NCBI GenBank assembly: GCA_041649315.1
Contig: JBAZNJ010000002.1
Coordinates: 851-64,850, forward strand
Origin: Patescibacteria group bacterium
GTDB taxonomy: Bacteria > Patescibacteriota > Patescibacteriia > Patescibacteriales > UBA12465
Reading direction: 5' to 3'
DNA: 64,000 nucleotides
The notes beneath the pieces were generated by a model that saw nothing but the letters and a program-made list of their open reading frames with translations, had not been told where the DNA came from and did not search any database. Position numbers and translations under genes: made by a program. Positions 1 through 8,773 of the stretch are shown piece by piece. Numbering within the stretch: the first letter of the stretch is position 1; each line of letters opens with the position of its first letter.

Positions 1-1267
1 AATATAGCGAACGGTTTTTTAAATAAAATAAATCATACTGCAATTTTTCAAGAGTATCATCAACGCCGGCGGAATGGTAGTGGCCGGAAACCTGGTCTAA
101 ACCGGTGATGCCCGGTTTGATAAACAGGCGGGTTTTATAAAAAGGAATCCGGCGTTCTAATTCGGCGACGATTTCTGGCCGTTCCGGCCGCGGGCCGATA
201 AAACTCATTTCATTTCTTAAGATATTGATCACCTGAGGGGTTTCGTCTAAATGGCTCCGGCGCAGGAAAGCGCCGACCTTAGTAATCCTGGCGTCGTTCT
301 TTCTTGTCGGCGCGGCGTCATTATTTTCTGTCCGCATCGTCCGGAATTTTATGATCCGGAATTCTTGGCCGTTTTGTCCGAGGCGCGTTTGTCGAAAAAA
401 TATCGGGCCGCGACTATTGATTTTTATCAGCAGAGCGAACATGAGCCAGGCGGGCAGGGAAAGCAGGAGCCCGAGGCCGGCGAAAAAAATATCCGCGCTT
501 CGTTTTAAGAAATTGAAATAATTTTTATGTCCTTCCTGGAGATTATTTAGGAACCATTCGGCATCAATCGCTTCAACCGGTATTTTTCCGGTTATGGATT
601 CGTAAAAATCAGGGTAATTAAAAAAAGTTATTTTTTCGCCCAAGCAGGCGAATAGCGCTTCCCGCAAGGCGTCGCTTTGTCCGAAATCGTCAACGATGAC
701 GATTGTCCGGATATTCTTTTCCCGAATATTGGTTGCCAGATTTTCTAATTCCGTAGCGTTCTTAAAAATTAAGGCGGTTTCATAGCCGGCCGCCGGCCGT
801 TTTTTTAATTCCTCAAGTAATTTTTCCGTTCTTTGGTTAAGGCCAATAATCGCTAAATTATCGCGGGGAATAAAAGTGCGGCTGAGCGCCTGGAACAGGT
901 AGCGCCAAAGTAGAAAAAGACCGAAGAATAAAGCCGTGAAAATCAAGAGATTCGTTTTCGGCGCGATTGCGGTCCGGGGATTTAAATAAAAATAAAGGAC
1001 GGAAATCAGGCCGCTAGCTAAGGCCGTATTAAACGCCAAGCGAATGAAGCGACGGCTGTTGGTTCTTAGATTTAAATTATAAAGATCGTTAATATTAAGG
1101 ATTAAAAGCCAAATAATAAAGACCGCCAAAAAGCTTGGCCAATGGTTTTGCCATTGTCCGCTTCTAACATTTACCGGATAACGGATTGATAGAGTCAGGA
1201 GCAGGGCTAAGTTTAAAATCGCCAGATCGCCGATAAATAGGAATATTTTTTTAAAACGATGAGCCAT
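1..1267 (-). CDS. Polyprenyl-phosphate sugar-phosphate transferase (bacterial sugar transferase family, WbaP/EpsL-like); 3' end runs off the window
   Basis: Absent from the ORF track because it is open to the window edge. My reverse-strand translation from ATG (complement of 1265-1267) reads MAHRFKKIFLFIGDLAILNLALLL..., with several hydrophobic segments. It then reads ...LIKINSRGPIFFRQTRLGQNGQEFRIIKFRTMR...RITKVGAFLRRSHLDETPQVINILRNEMSFIGPRPERPE...KPGITGLDQV, the hallmark block of this family. Confidence 0.85.
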   Translation of the reverse strand, partial: MAHRFKKIFLFIGDLAILNLALLLTLSIRYPVNVRSGQWQNHWPSFLAVFIIWLLILNINDLYNLNLRTNSRRFIRLAFNTALASGLISVLYFYLNPRTAIAPKTNLLIFTALFFGLFLLWRYLFQALSRTFIPRDNLAIIGLNQRTEKLLEELKKRPAAGYETALIFKNATELENLATNIREKNIRTIVIVDDFGQSDALREALFACLGEKITFFNYPDFYESITGKIPVEAIDAEWFLNNLQEGHKNYFNFLKRSADIFFAGLGLLLSLPAWLMFALLIKINSRGPIFFRQTRLGQNGQEFRIIKFRTMRTENNDAAPTRKNDARITKVGAFLRRSHLDETPQVINILRNEMSFIGPRPERPEIVAELERRIPFYKTRLFIKPGITGLDQVSGHYHSAGVDDTLEKLQYDLFYLKNRSLY

Positions 1268-1583
1268 AAGCAGGTTATGGAAATTGATAATTTATCTAGT
1301 ATTATTTAGGATTATAAGAATTTATAATTTTTTAATATTTTAGGAGCTGCGGCCTTTGATGCCTTCCAATCCGACAACTCTTTCAATATATCATTTCAGG
1401 CGCTAAAAATCAATAAAATTTTTTATAAAAACCCTTTATTTTCTTGCTTAATATGTTATAATTATTTTAGTTTAAAGATTAGATTATTTTTAACCATATT
1501 CTAGTTTTTTTAAAGATTGGTTTAAGAATAATTTAACTAATTTTAGATAAAATATTTATATAATTTCAATAATTATTTGTTTT

Positions 1584-3770
1584 ATGCTTATTTTTGGCAA
1601 ATATTTTAGTAAAAAGAATGGAAGAATGAGAGAGGGCGTGAAAATAAACGCTGGTTTGCCAGTTTCAGCAATAACTGTTTTTATTACTCCGGTTTTGATT
1701 TTAGTTATGTCATTATTACTGTTAACGCCAGTGGCGGCGCTTGCGCAGGTTGCGGTTTGCGGCGATTATACGAATCTTAATGTTGTCGTGAAAGATCCGG
1801 CCGGTTCCTATGTTTCCGGAGCGACCGTAGAGATATATAAGCAGGAAGCGGATTCAAGCGGTTTAATTCGAGCAACGACCCGGCTCACCAGCGGTAAAAC
1901 CGATTCGGTTTCCGGAACGGCTAAATTAAAATTCAAGAATAGCACGGCTTCGTCCGCGGCTTATGCGCTTAAGATTAGGACTATAAATCATGATGATGCC
2001 GCCTTTTGGTTTTATAATATTTATTTAGCTTGCGGTGAGAATGTAACAGTTGAAAGGATTTTAAGCGGGATACTTTTTATTCTTCATGATTCCGACGGCC
2101 AGCGTTTAGAGAGAACTAGATTTGATATCTATTCCCAGCGCTATGATTCTTCAGGCAATCCGATCGAAGAGAAGAAAGAGAAGTTGAGCTCGATAACGAC
2201 TGATTATTCTGGCGAAGCCAAGGTTTATCTGCCGGCCGGCAGCGTGCGCGGCTTAGGAGAGACGGCTGGGGATTATTACGCTTTAGAGTTAAGCCGAGGC
2301 GGCTTGAAATTTAATTTTTTCAATATTTACGTAAGCGACGGCCGTTTATCGACTTTCAATTATTTTTTAAGCTCTCTTCGGGTGAAGTTGGAGTATTCTG
2401 ACGGCCTAAGTTTCCCGCCTGGAACGGAAGTAGAAGTTTTCAAGCAGGAAACCGATTCCTCCGGTTACCGCCAGAAGGGTTCTAAAGTCGGCAAATTTAC
2501 TTTAGGCGCGGATTCTTATGGGACGATAGAAGTTCCGGCCGGGACTTATGTCCTCGGCGTGAAGAAAAGCGATAAGTCCTATCATTATTTTTGGAGTGTA
2601 ATAGCGCGCGAAGGACAGAGGGCGGATCATGTTTTAAATGCCCAGACGACCGCGGCCGCTGTCGCTTGTACGGATAAAGCGCGCCTGGTCATAGCCTTGC
2701 GCGATGCCAACGGAAATTTGATTCCCGGTTTGAAATTTGAAGCTTACGAACAGACAGCGGACGCTAACGGTTTGCCAAGCGCGGGTAAAAAGATCGGATC
2801 AGGAACGACGGATAATTCCGGCCAGGCCGAAATATCTTTTAAGCCGGATACCCACAAAGCCTATGCGCTGAAAGTTTGGGATAAAAATGATGATGTTGGG
2901 GTCTTTTGGTTTTTTGACGCCGCCCGGTTCGTCTGCGGCTATGACCGTTATGTGACGAAATATTTGCCGGCTTTGACCGTGGTTTTGCGTGATGCCAGCG
3001 GCGAGTTAAAAAGGAATCATAATTTTTCTCTTTACGCTCAGAGATACGATTTTGATCAAAACCCTTTTTTTGAGAATAAGGATTTAGTAGCTAATTTAAA
3101 AACCGATGGCGGCGGCCAGGCCTTAGTTTATGTCGCGCCTTATAATCCTTATTTTCCGAGCCAAACCGGATTTTATGCTTTAAGCGTTAAGAATGAAAAA
3201 AATGAGGTTAAGAGGGTTTATGATATCCAGATTCCAGCGGAGAGTAATTATACTTTTCAGTATACTATACCGGCAGTTTCTTCAGAAAAAAACACGGCTT
3301 CATCCTCATCTTCTTCATCATCATCGGCGTCGGCCGTCTCTTCGTCTTCAGCGACTGCGCCGACCGCCGCGGCCTCGCCCGGACAGAGCGACGCAGTTTT
3401 GGCTGAGCGCTTAAAAGGTCGTATTTTATTACAGGTTGAAAACAAAGGCCAGGCCTGGTATGTTAATCCGGTTGATGAAAAAAGATATTATCTAGGCCGT
3501 CCAGCTGACGCTTTTAATGTTATGCGCCGTTTCGGTTTAGGAATAAGTAACAAGGATTTTTCCGCGCTACTACTTAATCCTAATTCTTGGCGGCATTTAG
3601 CCGGTCGGATTTTACTTAAGACCGAGGACGACGGCCGCGCCTATTATTTCGATCCGGTTAACCTGCGGGTTTATTATCTAGGCCGTCCAGCCGACGCTTT
3701 TAATGTTATGCGCGAACGCGGGCTTGGAATTTCGGATACCAATATAAAAAAGATTGGCGCTTCGGATTAA
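1584..3770 (+). CDS. Secreted/cell-surface repeat protein (five beta-sandwich-like modules, Ser-rich linker, duplicated C-terminal module)
   Basis: 728-aa ORF. The N-terminal hydrophobic segment ends ...VAALAQ. Five ~95-aa tandem modules have a recurring (T/K)TD..G.A strand pattern like carboxypeptidase-regulatory/Ig-like folds. A poly-Ser linker is followed by two ~55-aa repeats, GRILL(Q/K)...YYLGRPADAFNVMR..GLGIS. Start choice (1584 vs in-frame ATG at 1626) is uncertain. Confidence 0.6.
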   Translation: MLIFGKYFSKKNGRMREGVKINAGLPVSAITVFITPVLILVMSLLLLTPVAALAQVAVCGDYTNLNVVVKDPAGSYVSGATVEIYKQEADSSGLIRATTRLTSGKTDSVSGTAKLKFKNSTASSAAYALKIRTINHDDAAFWFYNIYLACGENVTVERILSGILFILHDSDGQRLERTRFDIYSQRYDSSGNPIEEKKEKLSSITTDYSGEAKVYLPAGSVRGLGETAGDYYALELSRGGLKFNFFNIYVSDGRLSTFNYFLSSLRVKLEYSDGLSFPPGTEVEVFKQETDSSGYRQKGSKVGKFTLGADSYGTIEVPAGTYVLGVKKSDKSYHYFWSVIAREGQRADHVLNAQTTAAAVACTDKARLVIALRDANGNLIPGLKFEAYEQTADANGLPSAGKKIGSGTTDNSGQAEISFKPDTHKAYALKVWDKNDDVGVFWFFDAARFVCGYDRYVTKYLPALTVVLRDASGELKRNHNFSLYAQRYDFDQNPFFENKDLVANLKTDGGGQALVYVAPYNPYFPSQTGFYALSVKNEKNEVKRVYDIQIPAESNYTFQYTIPAVSSEKNTASSSSSSSSSASAVSSSSATAPTAAASPGQSDAVLAERLKGRILLQVENKGQAWYVNPVDEKRYYLGRPADAFNVMRRFGLGISNKDFSALLLNPNSWRHLAGRILLKTEDDGRAYYFDPVNLRVYYLGRPADAFNVMRERGLGISDTNIKKIGASD
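3407..3755 (+). repeat. Tandem duplication of a ~55-aa coding module; near-identical 42-nt cores at 3486-3527 and 3672-3713
   Basis: tattatctaggccgtccagCTgacgcttttaatgttatgcgc vs tattatctaggccgtccagCCgacgcttttaatgttatgcgc differ at one position (41/42 identical by hand alignment). The flanking codons of the two modules have diverged. Confidence 0.85.
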
Positions 3771-3878
3771 TTTATTAGTGTTTTCGACTGATTTTAATAT
3801 AGTATCCGGAGGAGGCGATTTGGGCGGAAATTTAAAAATAAAGTCCGGGGATAAAGTTCGGAAACAAAATAATCAGAT

Positions 3879-4853
3879 ATGTCGAAAGAAAAATACAATT
3901 GGCCAAAGATTGGTAATGACAAGGTCATTGATTTTTTGACGCGCGGCCTGGAAAATAATAAGATCGCGCAAACCTATATTTTTATCGGTCGGGATGATTT
4001 AGGAAAATCAACTTTAGCCCTGGCTTTTGCCCGGAATCTGCAGGGTAATCGCGAAGGTTTTAACAGCGACTTACATATTCTCCAGACCCTAGAAGACAAG
4101 AAGACGATTTCAATTGAGCAGACCCGGGAATTTATAAAGTCCTTGGATTTAAGTTCTTTCTCGGATTCATATAAAATTGGAATAATAAAAGAGGCGGAAA
4201 AATTAAGCGAAGAAGCAAAAAGCGCTTTACTAAAAACCTTGGAAGAGCCAAAAGATAAAGTTATAATAATATTACTGGTGGCCGAGGAACAAGCTTTACC
4301 AGCGACAATCTTATCCCGCGGCCAGATTTTATATTTTTATCCGGTGCCGGCGGCGACAATTTATGATTATTTAATTGATAATTACGGCGCCAATCGATCC
4401 TTGGCTAAGGATTTGGCGAATTTTTCTCTTGGTCGGCCGTTACTGGCGGCGCGATTTTTAGAAAATCCCGATGATTACCGCCGTTATTCGGCTAAAGCCG
4501 AATCCTGGTTGGAGCTTATCGCTAAAGATTTTAATGGTCGCTTAGAAATTTTAAATAATTTGTTTAGCGACAAGACCTGGAGTAAGGCGGCACTTGCCGC
4601 GGCGGAAGAAATTTTATCTTTAGCCGAAGGATTGGCGCGCGATCTTTTGCTGTTATCCCTTGACCAGTCCGAACGTCTTCAACATTCGTCGTTAGCGCCG
4701 ACTCTAGGGCAGACGCTGGAATATTTAAATAATGGCGGATCGGCCACGATTCAGATTTTGAAACAGCTTAAATTAATCGCTCAAGCCCGGGAGTATTTAG
4801 CGGCTAATGTTAATCCGCGCTTGGTCTTGGAGCAGTTGGCGGTCAATATTTAA
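3879..4853 (+). CDS. holB: DNA polymerase III delta' subunit
   Basis: 324 aa. AAA+ clamp-loader layout with a degenerate P-loop (GRDDLGKSTLALAFARNL), the LLKTLEEP box and ILSRGQ (SRC-like) motif. The size fits delta' rather than tau/gamma. Confidence 0.75.
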   Translation: MSKEKYNWPKIGNDKVIDFLTRGLENNKIAQTYIFIGRDDLGKSTLALAFARNLQGNREGFNSDLHILQTLEDKKTISIEQTREFIKSLDLSSFSDSYKIGIIKEAEKLSEEAKSALLKTLEEPKDKVIIILLVAEEQALPATILSRGQILYFYPVPAATIYDYLIDNYGANRSLAKDLANFSLGRPLLAARFLENPDDYRRYSAKAESWLELIAKDFNGRLEILNNLFSDKTWSKAALAAAEEILSLAEGLARDLLLLSLDQSERLQHSSLAPTLGQTLEYLNNGGSATIQILKQLKLIAQAREYLAANVNPRLVLEQLAVNI

Positions 4854-4901
4854 AATTAAAAGATTTAAAATTAAAAATTAAAAGATTATTTTAATAAATT
4901 T

Positions 4902-6032
4902 ATGTTAAAAACAAGAAAAATCAGAAGTCGGTTCGGACTAGCGGTCGCTTTAGCGATTTTAACGCTAACGCTGACCGCCTGTTCAATATCAACGACTTCT
5001 TCGGATACGGAAGGCAGCACGAGCGAAGCCGGGGTTTTTTTGTCCACGGATAACGGCAGTACTTGGCGGCCGATGGTGAGCGTCCCGACCGTGAGCGGGC
5101 GAGCGCAATCAATCGGAAATATCAACGTTAATACCATGGTGATGGACCCGCAGGATAGCCGTGCGGTTTATTTGGCTAGTTTTGATCGCGGTCTTTATTA
5201 TACCTATAACGTAACTAATGGCTGGAATTTCGTTGCCGGCTTACCGACGGCGACGGTTAATGCCGTCGCGGTTGATCCGAAAAATAAATGTATTATCTAC
5301 GCGGCGGTTGCCAATCGCGTTTATCGTTCCGCAGACTGTTCTCGGACTTGGAGTCAGGTTTATTTTGATAATAATCAAGAAGTCAATGTTAACGCGATTG
5401 CGATTGATCATTATAATACTCGCAATATTTATTTAGGCACTTCGCGTGGTGAAATTATTAAAAGCATTGATTCCGGTGGCGCCTGGCGAACCATCCAGCG
5501 TTTAGATGAAGGCCTCGCTCGCTTAATCATTTCGCCGGTCGATAGTCGCCAGGTTTTCTTGGCAACCGCGAAGAATAAGATTTTCAGTTTTATTTCTAAT
5601 ACGAATACTAACCCGGCCGTTTCCGAAGATCTTGATCGGAATTTTATGGTTGAAAACTGGACGGATATGAATCAGGTTTTAAAAGATTTCGGCCTTGGTG
5701 CTAATTTCCGGGAATTGATAATTACTAAGGACGGCGTGATTTTCCTGGCTTCGGATAAATTATTTCTGCGTTCGCCGGATGGCGGTATCAGTTGGGAGAA
5801 CATTAAACTTATTCAACCGGACAAAGACGCCACAATTGGCGCGGTCGCGGTTGATCCGCAGAATATTAATAATATTTATTATGTGACCAATACTTCATTT
5901 TTCCGTTCAAGCGACGGCGGGGCAACCTGGTCAACCAAGAGTTTGCCGACTAAGCGCGCCGGCCGGGAACTTCTGGTTGATTTCAAAGACCCGAATGTGT
6001 TATATTTAGGAACAGTGAGATTAAAGGATTAG
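4902..6032 (+). CDS. Lipoprotein with BNR/Asp-box beta-propeller repeats (Ycf48/sortilin-like)
   Basis: Lipobox-like signal ...LTLTLTAC. Repeated S-x-D-x-G-x-(T/S)-W motifs: STDNGSTW, SADCSRTW, SIDSGGAW, SPDGGISW, SSDGGATW. Confidence 0.6.
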   Translation: MLKTRKIRSRFGLAVALAILTLTLTACSISTTSSDTEGSTSEAGVFLSTDNGSTWRPMVSVPTVSGRAQSIGNINVNTMVMDPQDSRAVYLASFDRGLYYTYNVTNGWNFVAGLPTATVNAVAVDPKNKCIIYAAVANRVYRSADCSRTWSQVYFDNNQEVNVNAIAIDHYNTRNIYLGTSRGEIIKSIDSGGAWRTIQRLDEGLARLIISPVDSRQVFLATAKNKIFSFISNTNTNPAVSEDLDRNFMVENWTDMNQVLKDFGLGANFRELIITKDGVIFLASDKLFLRSPDGGISWENIKLIQPDKDATIGAVAVDPQNINNIYYVTNTSFFRSSDGGATWSTKSLPTKRAGRELLVDFKDPNVLYLGTVRLKD

Positions 6033-6119
6033 AGAAAACTAATTTTTTAGATAATTAAAATAACTTGAACCCTTTTAATGGTTTTATAAATATAAACAGG
6101 CTAATAAAATTAAATTTAT

Positions 6120-6674
6120 ATGAACGCATATTTACAGGAAAAACAGAACTCTTTTATCGGCGCCTTGGATTTTTTTAAGAAAGAAATCGCGACTTTGCGG
6201 ACCGGCCGGGCCAATCCCGGAGTTTTAGATAGCGTCCAGGTCGAGGCCTATGGCGTTATGAATCCGCTTAACGCCGTCGGCAATATCGCCGTGGCTGACA
6301 CGCGCAGTATCGTAATCGCGCCTTGGGACAAGGGGGTAATAAAAAATATTGAAAAAGCGATTATTGATGCTGGTCTTGGTTTCGGCGTTGTGAATGAAGG
6401 CGATAAGATTCGTTTAACGGTTCCGCCTCTAACCGAAGAAAATCGTAAAGAGCTAGTTAAGAAATTGAACGAAAAAATGGAAAAGACCCGGGTTCAATTA
6501 CGCACCGCTCGTGATCAGGTTAAAAATTTAATTGAAGCCGCTTTTGACGATAAGGAAATCAGCGAGGATGATAAATTTCGTTTTATAAAAGAATTAGACG
6601 AATTTACCGCGAAGAAAAACGAAGAATTAAAAGATACCCGCGATCGCAAGGAGCAAGATATAATGGAGATTTAA
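6120..6674 (+). CDS. frr: Ribosome recycling factor
   Basis: 184 aa with typical RRF sequence (…LRTGRANPGVLDSVQVEAYG…LTVPPLTEENRKELVK…). Confidence 0.95.
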   Translation: MNAYLQEKQNSFIGALDFFKKEIATLRTGRANPGVLDSVQVEAYGVMNPLNAVGNIAVADTRSIVIAPWDKGVIKNIEKAIIDAGLGFGVVNEGDKIRLTVPPLTEENRKELVKKLNEKMEKTRVQLRTARDQVKNLIEAAFDDKEISEDDKFRFIKELDEFTAKKNEELKDTRDRKEQDIMEI

Positions 6675-6678
6675 TCCC

Positions 6679-7839
6679 ATGTTTTTAACTGTTATCATAT
6701 TCATTTTAGTACTCTCTGTTTTGGTCTTCGCTCATGAAGCCGGTCATTTTTTTACGGCGCGGCGACTGGGCGTCCGAGCCGAGGAATTCGGTTTTGGTTT
6801 TCCGCCGCGAGCGATCGGCTGGTATAAGAATCGTTTTGGTCGCTGGCGTTCGGTTCGGGGCAATCGATCAATAGAAAGTTTAGAAAATAGCGCGGATGAA
6901 AAATTGCATCCGGCTAAAGGCGCGACGATTTATTCGCTTAATTGGCTGCCGCTCGGCGGTTTTGTAAAAATTAAAGGTGAAAATGGGGAAGATAAGAATG
7001 AAAAAGATAGCTTTGCCGCGAAAAGCAGCGGCCGGCGGATTATTATCTTAGCCGCCGGCGTAATCATGAATGTTGTTCTCGCTTGGTTCTTATTTTCTTT
7101 AGGATATTTGATCGGGATGCCGCAAGCGACCGAAGATCTTAGTCGGAGCGCGCGCGTGAGCGAGGCGCGGGTGATGGTCGCTCAAGTTTTACCGGATTCT
7201 CCGGCTGAGTCCGTCGGATTACAAGCGGGTGACGCGATTTTAGCAGTAGACAATTTAAGAGTCGGTGCGGAAGAATCTTTGCAAAATGCGGTGGCCGCAC
7301 GGGAAGGGGAGGAGGTTGAATTATTAGTAGAACGGGATGGCAAAGAAATGGTTATAAAAGTTATTCCTTTAATTAAAGACGGCGGCCGGGCTACGGTCGG
7401 CGTCGCGATTTACGCCGCCGGTACAGTCCGCTATCCTTTCTTTGCCGCTTTTTGGGAGGGAATGAAAGCGACCGGCTGGATGCTCGGACAGATTATTATC
7501 GCTTTCGTGGGCTTATTTAAAAATATTTTTCAGGGCCGTCCGGTCGGTACGGAATTTGCCGGTCCGATCGGTATCGCGACGATTACCGGCCAGGCGGCGC
7601 GCCTGGGTTTTGCTTATCTTCTACAATTCACGGCCCTTCTATCTCTTAATCTCGCGATTATAAATATCTTACCATTTCCAGCTTTAGACGGCGGCCGAAT
7701 AATGTTCTTATTCATCGAGAAGCTAAAGGGCCGGCCGGTGCGACGTGAGATCGAAACCTTGATTCATAATATCGGCTTCCTTTTATTGATTGCTTTGATT
7801 ATTTTTATAACTTATAAGGATATAATAAAATTGTTTTAA
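6679..7839 (+). CDS. rseP: RIP metalloprotease RseP (site-2 protease, M50, one PDZ domain)
   Basis: HEAGHFF zinc motif in TM1, a central PDZ-like segment, and the C-terminal NLAIINILPFPALDGGR motif. Confidence 0.9.
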   Translation: MFLTVIIFILVLSVLVFAHEAGHFFTARRLGVRAEEFGFGFPPRAIGWYKNRFGRWRSVRGNRSIESLENSADEKLHPAKGATIYSLNWLPLGGFVKIKGENGEDKNEKDSFAAKSSGRRIIILAAGVIMNVVLAWFLFSLGYLIGMPQATEDLSRSARVSEARVMVAQVLPDSPAESVGLQAGDAILAVDNLRVGAEESLQNAVAAREGEEVELLVERDGKEMVIKVIPLIKDGGRATVGVAIYAAGTVRYPFFAAFWEGMKATGWMLGQIIIAFVGLFKNIFQGRPVGTEFAGPIGIATITGQAARLGFAYLLQFTALLSLNLAIINILPFPALDGGRIMFLFIEKLKGRPVRREIETLIHNIGFLLLIALIIFITYKDIIKLF

Positions 7840-7929
7840 AATATCGTTAATAAATTATTTATTAAATAATTAAATATTTATAAAATAAATTTATTAAACG
7901 CTTAATCGTTCGATAAAAAATATAAAAAT

Positions 7930-8253
7930 ATGCAAATTAAAATCAAAGCCAGTAATTTAGAATTAACCGAAGCAATCCGCGCCTATTTCCAGGAAAAGAT
8001 GGATATGTTAGAAAAGTATCTAGGCGATATTCCGGTTATGAACTGCGATTGTGAAATAGAGAAAGCGGTCGGCGGCCAGCACAAGGGCGAAATTTTTCGG
8101 GCGGAAGTTAATTTAAATGTTCCACGTCAAGTTTTGCGCGTGGAAAAAACGGAAAAAGATTTATATAAAGCGATTGATAAGGTTAAGGACCATTTAGAAT
8201 TAGTAATTAAAAAGTATAAAGAAAAAATAAGAGACAAGAGAAGGGGAAAGTAA
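7930..8253 (+). CDS. hpf: Ribosome hibernation promoting factor / RaiA family (short form)
   Basis: 107 aa. MQIKIKASNLELTEAIRAYFQEKM...DLYKAIDKVKDHLE matches the sigma-54-modulation/HPF fold pattern. Confidence 0.85.
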   Translation: MQIKIKASNLELTEAIRAYFQEKMDMLEKYLGDIPVMNCDCEIEKAVGGQHKGEIFRAEVNLNVPRQVLRVEKTEKDLYKAIDKVKDHLELVIKKYKEKIRDKRRGK

Positions 8254-8280
8254 GGGGATAAAATTTAAAATTTATTTAAA

Positions 8281-8310
8281 AAACTCCGGCTTATTTTTCC
8301 GGAGTTTTAT
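8281..8310. terminator. Bidirectional intrinsic terminator between hpf (+) and the small membrane gene (-)
   Basis: aaactccgg (8281-8289) pairs with ccggagttt (8299-8307). An A-run lies upstream and a T-run downstream. Confidence 0.65.
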
Positions 8311-8317
8311 ATAGATT

Positions 8318-8578
8318 TTAAATTTCTTCTCCTATTTTCGATTTTTTCATCGCAACGGAAAAACCGATTATAGTGGAAATTATAAAGATGATTATAGTCA
8401 TCAACCAATTGTTTTGAAAGTAAATAAAGGTTGAGATTATCATCAAAATATAAGATATTATTAGAAACCAAGCCGGCCATTTTTGCTGTTTAGTTTGCAT
8501 CCAGGCCCACCCGATAATTACTAGGGCGATTGTTATCAGTAATACAATAAGTTCCGCCAGGTTCATGATTTTTTCCAT
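8318..8578 (-). CDS. Small hypothetical membrane protein (3 predicted TM segments)
   Basis: The ORF is 8318..8614. I prefer the internal ATG at 8578 (MEKIMNLAELIV...) because its upstream context tatattATG matches other starts here. The protein is hydrophobic and the gene AT-rich. I recognise no homology. Confidence 0.4.
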   Translation of the reverse strand: MEKIMNLAELIVLLITIALVIIGWAWMQTKQQKWPAWFLIISYILMIISTFIYFQNNWLMTIIIFIISTIIGFSVAMKKSKIGEEI

Positions 8579-8773
8579 AATATAAATTTTAGTTATTAAA
8601 TTTTCAAACAACAATTAATTTATCTTTATCACCTTTTTATCTATAAGTCAATATTTATTTAATCAAGAATCCGTATTATACTAATCTTAGAGCCAAACCG
8701 TAAATTTGGATTTATTTGTTTTATTTAATATTAGATAAATTATTAATGAGCGTTTAAGCGTAAATATATAATT

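Noticed and set aside
251-508. 85-aa + strand ORF in the ORF track
   Set aside because: It lies antisense inside the well-supported minus-strand sugar-transferase gene (1-1267). It has no recognisable features.
3193-3445. Two ORFs (3193..3414 +, 3257..3445 -) over the Ser-rich linker
   Set aside because: These are out-of-frame or antisense readings of the low-complexity tct/tca repeat inside the 728-aa surface-protein gene. They are compositional artefacts.
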